From Planctomycetota bacterium (GTDB lineage Bacteria; Planctomycetota; UBA1135; UBA2386): 64,000 bases of DNA. Below, piece after piece: positions 29,840 through 38,714 of this stretch. The notes under the pieces were generated by a model. It saw only the letters and a program-made list of their open reading frames with translations, was not told the DNA's origin and did not search any database. The DNA lies in assembly GCA_046290465.1 (NCBI GenBank), contig JBKAGP010000001.1, positions 3,520,001 through 3,584,000 on the forward strand, in the 5' to 3' direction. How positions within the stretch are numbered: position 1 is the stretch's first letter; each line of letters begins with the position of its first letter. The position numbers and the translations under genes were made by a program.

Positions 29840-30187
29840 ATGCTCGTCTACAAGATCCTCCGCGACCAGGAGTGGCTGGCGCTGCAGCGCGACGGCGTGA
29901 CCGCCGGCGCGCCGATCGACCGGACCGATGGCTACGTGCACCTGTCGACCGGGGCCCAGGTCGTCGAGACCGCCGCGAAGCACTTCGCCGGCGTCGACGG
30001 CCTGCGGCTGCTGGCGCTCGAGGCCGACGCCCTCGGCGACGCGCTGCGCTGGGAGCCTTCCCGCGGCGGTGCGCTGTTCCCGCACCTCTACCGCGAACTG
30101 CGTCTCGGCGACGTGCGATGGGAGCAGCCGCTGCCGCTCGACGGCGAGCGGCACGCGTTCCCGGAGCTGGAACCCGACCAGCGTTAG
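29840..30187 (+). CDS. DUF952 family protein
   Basis: YKI....W, D..DGYVHLST, WEPSRGGALFPHLY. Confidence 0.9.
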   Translation: MLVYKILRDQEWLALQRDGVTAGAPIDRTDGYVHLSTGAQVVETAAKHFAGVDGLRLLALEADALGDALRWEPSRGGALFPHLYRELRLGDVRWEQPLPLDGERHAFPELEPDQR

Positions 30188-30208
30188 CGCCGCACGCGGA
30201 CGCGGCAC

Positions 30209-30329
30209 TCAGCGCCGCTCGACCAACGCGTCGCTTGCGACGCGAGTGGAGCGGCGTTCAGCGCCGCGGAACCAACGCGTCGCTTGCGACGCGAGTCAAC
30301 GCGGCGCTCAGCGCCGCTCGACCAACGCG
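30209..30329. repeat. Tandem 49-50 bp palindromic repeat (2 full copies + partial)
   Basis: Units start TCAGCGCCGC at 30209, 30258, 30308; the two full units contain CGCGTCGCTTGCGACGCG. Confidence 0.9.
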
Positions 30330-33300
30330 GCGCGTTCGTTCCGCAGGTCGAGCAGCATCACGAAGTCGCGGTCGAGCAGTTCGATGCCGAGGAAGACCGG
30401 CGCGGTCGTCGGCACCGAGTCGAGCGAACGCACCGTCGGCCACAGCACGGAGACGTCCTCGAGCGGCTGGCCGGCGAGCGTGGCGTTGCGGATCTTGCCG
30501 CCGAGCATGCCGTGTCGGGCGGTGATCGATCCGGCGACGTGGAGGCTGTCGCGATCGATCCGGTAGCCGCGGAAGACCGCGCCACCTCCGAACAGGAACT
30601 TGCCTCGCATAGGGCCGAAGACCAGCGGACATGCGACGACGGTCTTGCGGTCGAGCTGCAGCGGCACGGTGGGGCAACGCGCCAGGTAGCCGACCTCGAC
30701 GAACTCGCCCGGATGATCGTCGAACGAACCGGGAGGCGTCAGCCGCAGGACCTGCGCGCGATGGTCGAGCTCGACGCAGGCGCGCGCGGCGATCGCGATC
30801 CCGATCGTGCCGTTGGTGGTGACCAGGTCCGCCGCGGCGCCGTTGCGGTCGGCGTCGCCAGCCTCGGCGGGCGGATCCGGCATCACGCGCACGACGTGGT
30901 CCCGCATCGTCATCGGCCCGACCCGCAATCGCTTGACCGTCGCCCACATCTCGTCGTCCTTGACGCCGACGCCCATCTCGCGCAGCGCGCTGCGGGTGAT
31001 GGCGGTCTCCGTCGCCCACAGCGAGAACTGCAGCCAGACCTGTTTGCCGCCGGCCTGCACCTGGACGACGCCGCCGTGATCGCTGCGGAACCCGGCCTCG
31101 GGCTCACCCCTGAACACGGTGTCGTCCTTGGCCACCGGACGCGCCGGGCGGCCCTCGCGCATCGTCGCCGTCTTCCACGACCGGACGCGGTAGGCCTCCG
31201 AACCTTCGGGGCCGGGATGGCGCACGACGTAGGGCAGCATGCGGCCGCGCACGGCGCGGTAGTCCCCGAGTCGATACGGCGTCACGAAGCCCTGTGCGTG
31301 CCCGTTCATCGAGAACGCCGAAGGCAGACCGGTGTCCGGGTCCAGCCAGACGCGCATGCACGTGTCGGACGTCACGAACGTCATCAACACCTCCGGCGGC
31401 GTGCCCGGCAGCGCATCGGCCGGCAGCGACAGCTGGATGCCCGCCGGCGACTCGGTCCACTGGCCCGACCAGATCGCGTTGAACGCGATCAACAGGTCGC
31501 GCTCTGCGATGCCGAGCGTGCGCGGCAGCCGACCCTCGTTGCGCGACCAGGCCTCGGCACCGGTCCAGACGTTCTCCTCGTAGGCGATCGCGTCGATGCG
31601 GTTGTGGATGTAGCCCTGCTTGCCGCAGACGAACGCAAACGTGCCGTCGACGTCCCGGTAGCGGCTCGCCCCCTGTGCCCGCAGCGCCGCGGCGCGCGCC
31701 GGCCACGGCCCGATCGCCTTGCGCGAGCGTGCCAGCAGCGCCTCGAGTCGCTGCTCGCGGCGATCGGAACGAAACCGGAAGACGCCCTCCGAACGCAGTC
31801 CGGACGGCGACCGCGAGGTCGAGAACCGGCACCCGGCGAACATCCGCAGGGCCTCGCCGACCGCACAGGAAGCGAGGTTGATGTAGGCTCCGTCCATGAC
31901 CGTGGCGCGCTCGGACGACCCGGCCAGCAGGCTGCCGATGCCGGCCCCGATCGAGCGCACCACCGCCGCGAGCCGCACCCCGTTGGTGGCGCCGGCCGCG
32001 ACCGTGCCGGCGGGCTGCTCCAGGATGCGGACCTCCTGCATGCCCGCGATGATGGCTCGACTGATCTTCGGGGACGTCGACAGCACCAGGTGGCCGTCGA
32101 CGACGAACCCGTGCAGGTCGACGTCGAGCGTGGCGCTGCCCGGCGGCATCGGGATCGGCAGACTCACCGTCGGCACGCCGAGCCCGAGCGCGCGACCGCG
32201 CTCCTCGACGTCGGTCTGCCCGTCCAAGCCCAGGACCGAGACCAGTTCGGCCGCGATCCGGCGCAGGTAGGCCCGCCCGTCGGCGCCGGCGCGCAGCCGG
32301 CCCGCCATCACCAGACCGGGCGCGCGCCACTGGATGCCGTCCCGAGCGCGGGGCTGGTCGACCAGCGCCAGCGTCGGCGCACGCAGCACCTTGGCCCCCT
32401 CGGTGCGCAGCAGCTCGCGCAACGCACGCGCACGTTCGTAGTAGGCCTCGGTCTGCTCGACGAGTTGCTCGGCGTTGTCGGCACCGCGCTCCCACGCCTC
32501 GCCGCTGCGACGCTCGAACGTCTCGTCGACCCGCAGCATCAGGTCGTAGGCCGACTCGGCCAGCGTCGTCGTGCCGTCGACGTGGTAGAACGCCGCCGTC
32601 TCCGGGACGAACCGCCACAGCGAGCTGTCGACGACGTCCTCGACGGTGCCGGCGGCCGGCTGCTCGAGCGCGAAGTAGACGCCCCCTTCGTCCCAGCCGA
32701 TCGCACCGCTCATGCGCTGACGCTGCCGCATCTCCCGTTCGAACAGCGCCAGGTCGTCCTGCACGCCGCTGCCGTCCCAGCCGACCACGATCTTGCCGAG
32801 TTCCTTGTTGCGGTACTCCTGCCAGAACGCGTCGGCGCTCGCGAGCGTGTCGGCGGCACTGCCGAGGTCGATCTGCCAGCTGGCGAGCGCGTCCCCGCGC
32901 ACCGAAGGAACGGGCAGCATCGGCGTCGCCGCGGCCGCGGCCCCGCCGCGATCGGCACAGACCTGGATCACGATCGTGCGACCGTCGAGCACCGCCTCAA
33001 GTTCTCGCACGACGCCTTCGAGGACCTGCCAGGCGGCCTCGCGCGCCTCGTCCTCGTCGATGACGTAGTCGGCGAACACCGGATCGAACACCTCCAGCGG
33101 CAGCAGGTCGTGCAGCGGCATGCGCACGCGCACCCGGCTGTCGCTCGTCTCGAGCTGTTCCTCCTCGTCGGGCAGGAACTCGAGTTCGTCGGCCACCGAC
33201 TCGAACCACTCGTCGGCGACCCGCTCCGTCCGGCACTGCAACGAGACCGAGAACGCGATGCCGGCGACGCCGCGCACGGCATCGACGAGCGTCGCGCGTG

Positions 33301-33727
33301 CGTGCTCGCGGGCGGCCTGCAGTCGCTGCTCCGGCGTGCGCTCGGCGCCGTAGGTCGCAGCCAGCACGTCGCGCGCGACCGAAGCGCGGAGCACCTGCAT
33401 GACACCGCCCGACGTCGACGGCGGAAAGGCCAGCGTCACCCGCTCGGGCACGAGGTCCTCGAACAGCTGGACCTGCCGCCACAGGTTGGCCGGCACGACG
33501 TCCCGGGCCAGCTCGGTGACGGCCAGCACATCGCCCAGCGGACCGCTGCGAACGGCCTGCGCGACGACCTCACTGGTCAGCGCGGCGCGGATCCACGGCA
33601 GCGGATCGTCGACCGTGATGCGGCACGTATGACCTTCCGGCAAAAGGCCTTGAGACAATCCGACCTGCTCCTGGGCCGGGGCGAACGTCGCGGCCATCGC
33701 AGCGACGGCCAGCACTCCACTTCTCAT
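30308..33727 (-). CDS. Large secreted multidomain protein with C-terminal degenerate retropepsin-like domains
   Basis: Signal peptide FAPA-Q; WLDPDTGLP...DYRAVRG region; FLGIELLDRDFVMLLD ending. Confidence 0.65.
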   Translation of the reverse strand: MRSGVLAVAAMAATFAPAQEQVGLSQGLLPEGHTCRITVDDPLPWIRAALTSEVVAQAVRSGPLGDVLAVTELARDVVPANLWRQVQLFEDLVPERVTLAFPPSTSGGVMQVLRASVARDVLAATYGAERTPEQRLQAAREHARATLVDAVRGVAGIAFSVSLQCRTERVADEWFESVADELEFLPDEEEQLETSDSRVRVRMPLHDLLPLEVFDPVFADYVIDEDEAREAAWQVLEGVVRELEAVLDGRTIVIQVCADRGGAAAAATPMLPVPSVRGDALASWQIDLGSAADTLASADAFWQEYRNKELGKIVVGWDGSGVQDDLALFEREMRQRQRMSGAIGWDEGGVYFALEQPAAGTVEDVVDSSLWRFVPETAAFYHVDGTTTLAESAYDLMLRVDETFERRSGEAWERGADNAEQLVEQTEAYYERARALRELLRTEGAKVLRAPTLALVDQPRARDGIQWRAPGLVMAGRLRAGADGRAYLRRIAAELVSVLGLDGQTDVEERGRALGLGVPTVSLPIPMPPGSATLDVDLHGFVVDGHLVLSTSPKISRAIIAGMQEVRILEQPAGTVAAGATNGVRLAAVVRSIGAGIGSLLAGSSERATVMDGAYINLASCAVGEALRMFAGCRFSTSRSPSGLRSEGVFRFRSDRREQRLEALLARSRKAIGPWPARAAALRAQGASRYRDVDGTFAFVCGKQGYIHNRIDAIAYEENVWTGAEAWSRNEGRLPRTLGIAERDLLIAFNAIWSGQWTESPAGIQLSLPADALPGTPPEVLMTFVTSDTCMRVWLDPDTGLPSAFSMNGHAQGFVTPYRLGDYRAVRGRMLPYVVRHPGPEGSEAYRVRSWKTATMREGRPARPVAKDDTVFRGEPEAGFRSDHGGVVQVQAGGKQVWLQFSLWATETAITRSALREMGVGVKDDEMWATVKRLRVGPMTMRDHVVRVMPDPPAEAGDADRNGAAADLVTTNGTIGIAIAARACVELDHRAQVLRLTPPGSFDDHPGEFVEVGYLARCPTVPLQLDRKTVVACPLVFGPMRGKFLFGGGAVFRGYRIDRDSLHVAGSITARHGMLGGKIRNATLAGQPLEDVSVLWPTVRSLDSVPTTAPVFLGIELLDRDFVMLLDLRNERAALVERR

Positions 33728-33761
33728 GCCGTGGACTATGCCACGACCGGAGTCGGATCGC

Positions 33762-33798
33762 GACCTCGCCGACGCGGGCATCCCGCGTCGGCGAGGTC
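33762..33798 (-). terminator. 17-bp perfect hairpin downstream of pilT (no U-tract)
   Basis: GACCTCGCCGACGCGGG-cat-CCCGCGTCGGCGAGGTC. Confidence 0.5.
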
Positions 33799-33807
33799 CG
33801 GCGCGCC

Positions 33808-35097
33808 TCAGCGCCCCTTCGGCATCCGCATCTTGACCCCGCCGGAGCGCGCGCCGCCGACCACGCCGGTCGGCCGCGGCCGCGGAGCGCCACCGGTAAC
33901 GCCCCCGCCGCCGCCCATGCCGCCGCCGCCCATCGCGCCCCCGGCGCCGCCACCGCCGCCCGCGCCGACCGGCGCCGGCCGCTGCCGCGTGCCCGCCCCC
34001 ATCGTGTCGAGGCTGCTGCTCGGCTGCGCCTTGGGCTTGACCGTCTCCATGCGGCGACGCACGTCGTCCGGCCGGTTGGCCTTGGCGATGCAGTCGTCGG
34101 CGGAGATCAGGCCCTCGACGTAGGCGTTGAGCAGTTCGTCCTCGAGCGTGGTCATGCCGAACTGCTTGCCGGTCTGCATCAGGTTGAGGATCTGCGCCGA
34201 CTTGCCCTCGCGGACCAGCGACTTGACCGCATCAGTGCCGACCAGGATCTCGCGCGCCGCGACCCGGCCGCCGCCGATCTTGGGCACCAGCGTCTGCGAG
34301 ATCACGCCCTGCAGCGTGGACGCCATCTGCACCCGCACCTGCTGCTGCGCGTCCGTCGGGAACACGTCGATGATGCGGTCGACGGTCGAGATCGCGCTGG
34401 TCGTGTGCAGCGTGCCGAACACCAGGTGGCCGGTCTCGGCCGCCGAGATCGCCATCGAGATGGTCTCGAGGTCGCGCATCTCACCGATCAGGATCACGTC
34501 CGGGTCCTGGCGCAGCGCGCGGCGCAGGCCTTCGCGGAACGTGTTGCAGTCCTGCCCGATCTGGCGCTGCGTGACGAAGCACTTCTTGTCCTGGTGCACG
34601 AACTCCAGCGGGTCCTCCATCGTCAGGATGTGGCCCGACTCGGTCTGGTTGATGTAGTCGATCATCGCCGCGAGCGTGGTCGACTTGCCCGAGCCCGTCG
34701 GCCCCGTGACCAGCACCAGACCACGCGGCTTGGCGGCGAGGTCGAGCGTGATCTGCGGCAGCCCGAGCGTCTTGTAGTCCGGGATCGTGTCCGGGATCTG
34801 GCGCACGACGATGCCGACGGCGTTGCGCTGGTGCAGCGCGTTGACGCGGAAGCGCGCGCAGTCGGTCACGGCGTGCGAGAAGTCGATGTCCTTGTCGTCG
34901 AGGAACCGCTCCCACTGCTCCGGCGACATCAGCTGGCGCGCCAGCTCCGAGGTCATCTCCGGCGTCAGCCGCCCGAACTCCTCCTGCGGCTGGACCTCGC
35001 CGTCGATCCGGAAACCAGGCGGGCTCCCCGCCTTGACGTGAAGGTCGGACGCGCCCCTCTGGACCATCGCTCGCAACAGTTCGTCGATCTGCAACAC
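33808..35097 (-). CDS. pilT: Type IV pilus retraction ATPase PilT with Gly-rich C-terminal tail
   Basis: GASDLH, GPTGSGKSTT, EDPLE, ALRQDPDVILIGEMRD, AETGHLVFGTLH; GTG start with GGGAG RBS. Confidence 0.92.
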   Translation of the reverse strand: MLQIDELLRAMVQRGASDLHVKAGSPPGFRIDGEVQPQEEFGRLTPEMTSELARQLMSPEQWERFLDDKDIDFSHAVTDCARFRVNALHQRNAVGIVVRQIPDTIPDYKTLGLPQITLDLAAKPRGLVLVTGPTGSGKSTTLAAMIDYINQTESGHILTMEDPLEFVHQDKKCFVTQRQIGQDCNTFREGLRRALRQDPDVILIGEMRDLETISMAISAAETGHLVFGTLHTTSAISTVDRIIDVFPTDAQQQVRVQMASTLQGVISQTLVPKIGGGRVAAREILVGTDAVKSLVREGKSAQILNLMQTGKQFGMTTLEDELLNAYVEGLISADDCIAKANRPDDVRRRMETVKPKAQPSSSLDTMGAGTRQRPAPVGAGGGGGAGGAMGGGGMGGGGGVTGGAPRPRPTGVVGGARSGGVKMRMPKGR

Positions 35098-35417
35098 CGG
35101 CAACTCTCCCTCTCCCAAGTGAACCGACTTCCTTTCCCGGCACCGGAATCGGTAAGCGCCGGGCGGCGCTTGACGCGGCCTGTCAGGGGTTGCCCCATCC
35201 CGAGACGGCCCGGCCGGGCGGTCGCCGCGGGACGGCTCCGATCGGGCCGTAGCGCGGCACATCCCCGCTTCCCCCCGCTCGCCCACACCGGTATCCTGCT
35301 CGCCCCACGATTCGAGGAGAGCAGGCGCCCCGTTCGCCTGCGCAGGACCTGGAAAACCCGTGGGGAATCGTTGGCTGCGCCCAGACAGGCGCGGTGGAAT
35401 ACCGATACCAGCACCAG

Positions 35418-37667
35418 ATGACCGATCTTCCCGAACTCCCCCCACAGCGCCACCGCACCGACAGCCTGGGCCGCCTGCACCGGCTGCCCGAGGTCCAGGG
35501 GGGAGGGGGAGCCGAGGAGATCCGGCCGGTTGCCAAGGACGCGCCGCTCACGTCGATCGACAAGAAGACGCTGTTCGTCAACCGGGAGCTGTCGTGGCTG
35601 GCGTTCAACCGGCGCGTGCTCGAGGAGGCGCAGGATCCCAACAACCCGCTGCTGGAGCGGGTCAAGTTCCTGGCGATCGCGAGCACCAACCTCGACGAGT
35701 TCTTCGAGATCCGCGTCGCTGGCGTGATGGAGATGGTCGACGCCGAGATCCAGGCCGAGAGCCACGACGGCCTGAAGCCGCCGGAGGAGCTCGAGAAGGT
35801 GCGCGCCGACTGCCACGCGTTCACCACCGCGATGCACCGCACGTGGAGCGAACGGCTGCTGCCCGAACTGGTCAAGGCGGGCATCCAGTTCCCGTCGATC
35901 CGGGAGCTGACCGGCGAGCAGAAGCGCTTCGTCGACTCGTACTTCCTGCGCGAGGTCTACCCGATCCTGACGCCGCTGGCGGTCGACCCGGCGCACCCGT
36001 TCCCGGTGCTGCTCAACAAGTCGCTCAACATCGTCGTGCTGCTGCAGGACCCGCAGAAGAAGGAGCGCCGCGCGCACCGGATGGCGGTCGTGCAGGTGCC
36101 GCGCTCGCTGCCGCGCATCCTGCGCCTGCCCGAGCAGGACGGCCACCGCGCCTACGTGTTCACCGCGGACGTCGTGCAGGCCAACCTGCAGGAGCTGTTC
36201 CCCGGGCTCGAGGTCGTGCAGACCAGCACGTTCCGCGTCACGCGTGACGGCAACCTCGAGGTCGACGAGATGCAGGTCACCGACCTGATGAGTTCGATCG
36301 AGAAGGAGCTGATCAAGCGCCGCCGTGGCGAGCCGGTCCGCCTCGAGATCGACAGCGACGCGCACCCCGAGATGCTCGAGCGCTTCCTGAAGGCGTTCCA
36401 GCTCGAGAACGACGACATCTACTTCTGCGACGGCCCGGTCAACCTCGGCCGGATCATGGAGCTCTACTCCCTGATCGAGAAGCCGGGCATGAAGGAGGCG
36501 CCGGCCAAGCCGCGCCGGCAGTGGCGGTGGAGCTCGCCGGACGACATGTTCGCCGACCTGCGCGAAGGCGACATCCTGCTGCACCACCCGTACGACTCGT
36601 TCTCCAACGTCGAGGACTTCATCCGGCTGGCCGCGCGCGACCCCAACGTGCTCGCGATCAAGCAGACGATCTACCGCGCCGGCAGCAAGAACGTGATGGT
36701 CGAGGCGCTGATCGAAGCGGCGCAGCAGCGCAAGCAGGTCACGGCGATCGTCGAGCTGAAGGCGCGCTTCGACGAAGAGGCCAACATCCAGTGGGCCCGG
36801 CGCATGGAGCAGGCCGGCGTGCACGTCGTCTACGGCATCGTCGGCATGAAGACGCACGCCAAGTGCACGCTGATCGTTCGCCGCGAGGACGACGGCAGCC
36901 TGCGCCGCTACTGCCACATCGGCACCGGCAACTACAACCCGGCGACGGCGCGCCTCTACACCGACATCGGCGTGATGACGGCGCGCCACGAGATCGGCGA
37001 GGAGGTCTCCGAGACCTTCAACATGATCACCGGCTACACGCGCGTGCCGCACATGGAGCACCTGCTGGTGTCGCCGTTCACGATGCAGAAGCAGGTGATC
37101 GCCAACATCCGGCGCGAGATCGACAACCACCGCGCCGGCCGGCCGTCGGGCGTCAAGGCCAAGCTCAACAACCTGGCCGACCCCAAGGTCATCCTGGCGC
37201 TCTACGAGGCGTCGCGCGCCGGCGTCAAGATCGAGCTCAGCGTGCGCAGCGTCTGCTGCCTGCGCCCCGGCGTGCCCGGGCTCAGCGAGAACATCACCGT
37301 CAAGGCGATCGTCGACCGCTTCCTCGAGCACAGCCGCGTCTACTACTTCGAGAACGCCGGCGACCCGCAGGTCTACCTGTCGTCCGCCGACTGGATGATC
37401 CGCAACCTCGAACGCCGCGTCGAGGTCGCCGCCCCGATCCTCGACCCAGAGCTGAAGCAGCGCGTCATCGAGGAGGTGCTCGGCATGGCGCTGAAGGACA
37501 ACGTCAAGGCGCGCCGCATCCGCCCCGACGGCCAGAGCGAGCGCATCGCGCGCCCGGTCGGCGAACTGCCGCTGCGCAGCCAGATGGCGCTGCTCGAGAT
37601 GACGATGCGCAAGGTCGACGACGCCGGCGCGACCGCGGTGCGCCGCGGCAAGAAGAAGTCGCGGTAG
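35418..37667 (+). CDS. ppk1: Polyphosphate kinase 1
   Basis: NRELSWLAFNRRVL, HPFP, LLHHPYDSF, ELKARFDE, KTHAK, GTGNYN, RFLEHSR, SADWM. Confidence 0.97.
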   Translation: MTDLPELPPQRHRTDSLGRLHRLPEVQGGGGAEEIRPVAKDAPLTSIDKKTLFVNRELSWLAFNRRVLEEAQDPNNPLLERVKFLAIASTNLDEFFEIRVAGVMEMVDAEIQAESHDGLKPPEELEKVRADCHAFTTAMHRTWSERLLPELVKAGIQFPSIRELTGEQKRFVDSYFLREVYPILTPLAVDPAHPFPVLLNKSLNIVVLLQDPQKKERRAHRMAVVQVPRSLPRILRLPEQDGHRAYVFTADVVQANLQELFPGLEVVQTSTFRVTRDGNLEVDEMQVTDLMSSIEKELIKRRRGEPVRLEIDSDAHPEMLERFLKAFQLENDDIYFCDGPVNLGRIMELYSLIEKPGMKEAPAKPRRQWRWSSPDDMFADLREGDILLHHPYDSFSNVEDFIRLAARDPNVLAIKQTIYRAGSKNVMVEALIEAAQQRKQVTAIVELKARFDEEANIQWARRMEQAGVHVVYGIVGMKTHAKCTLIVRREDDGSLRRYCHIGTGNYNPATARLYTDIGVMTARHEIGEEVSETFNMITGYTRVPHMEHLLVSPFTMQKQVIANIRREIDNHRAGRPSGVKAKLNNLADPKVILALYEASRAGVKIELSVRSVCCLRPGVPGLSENITVKAIVDRFLEHSRVYYFENAGDPQVYLSSADWMIRNLERRVEVAAPILDPELKQRVIEEVLGMALKDNVKARRIRPDGQSERIARPVGELPLRSQMALLEMTMRKVDDAGATAVRRGKKKSR

Positions 37668-37842
37668 CCCCCGCCGAGCCCACCACGGGCACCGCTGGGT
37701 CGCGTCGATGGCCCCACCTGGGGAAATCCCTAAGGAACGAGACTCAGGCTTCTACGCATTCTGGCCGATGTCAGGAGTGCCTGGGGGCGCGAGCCCCGAC
37801 GCGAACCTGCCCGGCCAACCTCTCAGTCGCCGGGCGGGTCCT

Positions 37843-37885
37843 GGCGGCCGCAGCACCTGGGAGCTGCGGCCGCCGCGTTTTCTCT
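37843..37885 (+). terminator. Intrinsic terminator-like hairpin upstream of a hypothetical ORF
   Basis: GGCGGCCGCAGC-N8-GCTGCGGCCGCC followed by GCGTTTTCTCT. Confidence 0.6.
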
Positions 37886-37912
37886 CATCCGACCACCGAC
37901 CACCGACCACCC

Positions 37913-38305
37913 ATGCAGCCATCCGACGATGCAGCCGCGACGGCCGTCATAGCCATCGTGATGGCGGAGATGGGCCACCTCGCCAGCGAGGTCGTGGTCG
38001 GAGCCGACCAGATGCAGCACCGCTGCCTCGGCTGCATGGCCGGCTCGTCGGGCCGCCTGCCAGCGCGAGACCTGCGCATCCTCGACACCGCGCGCCAGGT
38101 GTTCGCGATGCACCTGAAGAGCTACCGCCACACCCGCCGGATCCCGCCACACGCTCCCGCAGCCAACCTGATGGACGGCTCCACCACCGCCATCGACGCG
38201 ACCGTGCGGCGCCGCTTCGCCGCCGTGATGGAGCTGGCCGAACGACTCGAGGAGAGCGACTGGCTGCCGGGCTCGGAGGTCGGTCGGGTGCTGGCCGGCG
38301 AGTAG
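37913..38305 (+). CDS. Hypothetical protein (130 aa)
   Basis: GC3-rich coding-like frame; CxxC-like CLGC; no family recognised. Confidence 0.6.
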   Translation: MQPSDDAAATAVIAIVMAEMGHLASEVVVGADQMQHRCLGCMAGSSGRLPARDLRILDTARQVFAMHLKSYRHTRRIPPHAPAANLMDGSTTAIDATVRRRFAAVMELAERLEESDWLPGSEVGRVLAGE

Positions 38306-38316
38306 CAGCGGCCGGG

Positions 38317-38359
38317 AAAAGAGAAACCCCTCGGAGCGCGAGTGGCACTCCGAGGGGTT
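38317..38359 (-). terminator. Intrinsic terminator of tRNA-Asp (possibly bidirectional)
   Basis: AACCCCTCGGAG / CTCCGAGGGGTT stem with U-rich tail on the minus strand. Confidence 0.75.
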
Positions 38360-38364
38360 CCTGC

Positions 38365-38441
38365 TGGCGAGGACGAAGGGACTCGAACCCTCAACCACCG
38401 GATCGACAGTCCGGGACTCTAACCAATTGAGCTACGTCCCC
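38365..38441 (-). tRNA. tRNA-Asp (GTC)
   Basis: GGGGACGTAGCTCAATTGGTTAGAG...CTGTCGA...GGTTCGAGTCC...CTCGCCA; 77 nt with encoded CCA. Confidence 0.97.
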
Positions 38442-38459
38442 ACGCGTTGGGGGCCGAGG

Positions 38460-38487
38460 AATCTACCGACCGCCCGGCGCTTTGCAA
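38460..38487 (-). promoter_or_regulatory. Sigma70-type promoter for tRNA-Asp
   Basis: TTGCAA-N16-TAGATT followed by a GC-rich discriminator. Confidence 0.6.
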
Positions 38488-38545
38488 GCGTCTTCTATCG
38501 GACAATTCGCGGTCCCGGCGATGGTGACGGGCGACCGGTGGGGGT

Positions 38546-38582
38546 AAAAAATCGGCCGGCGGGCTCACACCCCGCCGGCCGA
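38546..38582 (-). terminator. Orphan intrinsic terminator
   Basis: TCGGCCGGCGGG / CCCGCCGGCCGA 12-bp stem followed by a U-run on the minus strand. Confidence 0.75.
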
Positions 38583-38714
38583 AGCCACTCTTCGCTCTCT
38601 CGTGTCGAAGCGGCCGCCTTGTCCCTGGTGCCTGGCGGCGCCAGGGGCCGGACGACCGGCTCGCTACTACGGTGGTTAGGACGGGTGGTTCCTGGGCCCA
38701 AGATCAAGCAGACG

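Noticed and set aside
27956..30187. 743-aa ORF suggesting a frameshift fusion with DUF952
   Set aside because: Only the last 115 aa are coding-like and have their own ATG at 29840
30209..30329. Possible mini-CRISPR with palindromic repeats
   Set aside because: Variable parts are only a few nt, too short for spacers; units match the adjacent gene end
37668..38441. tRNA-anchored genomic island
   Set aside because: No integrase and no duplicated tRNA 3' end seen in the window
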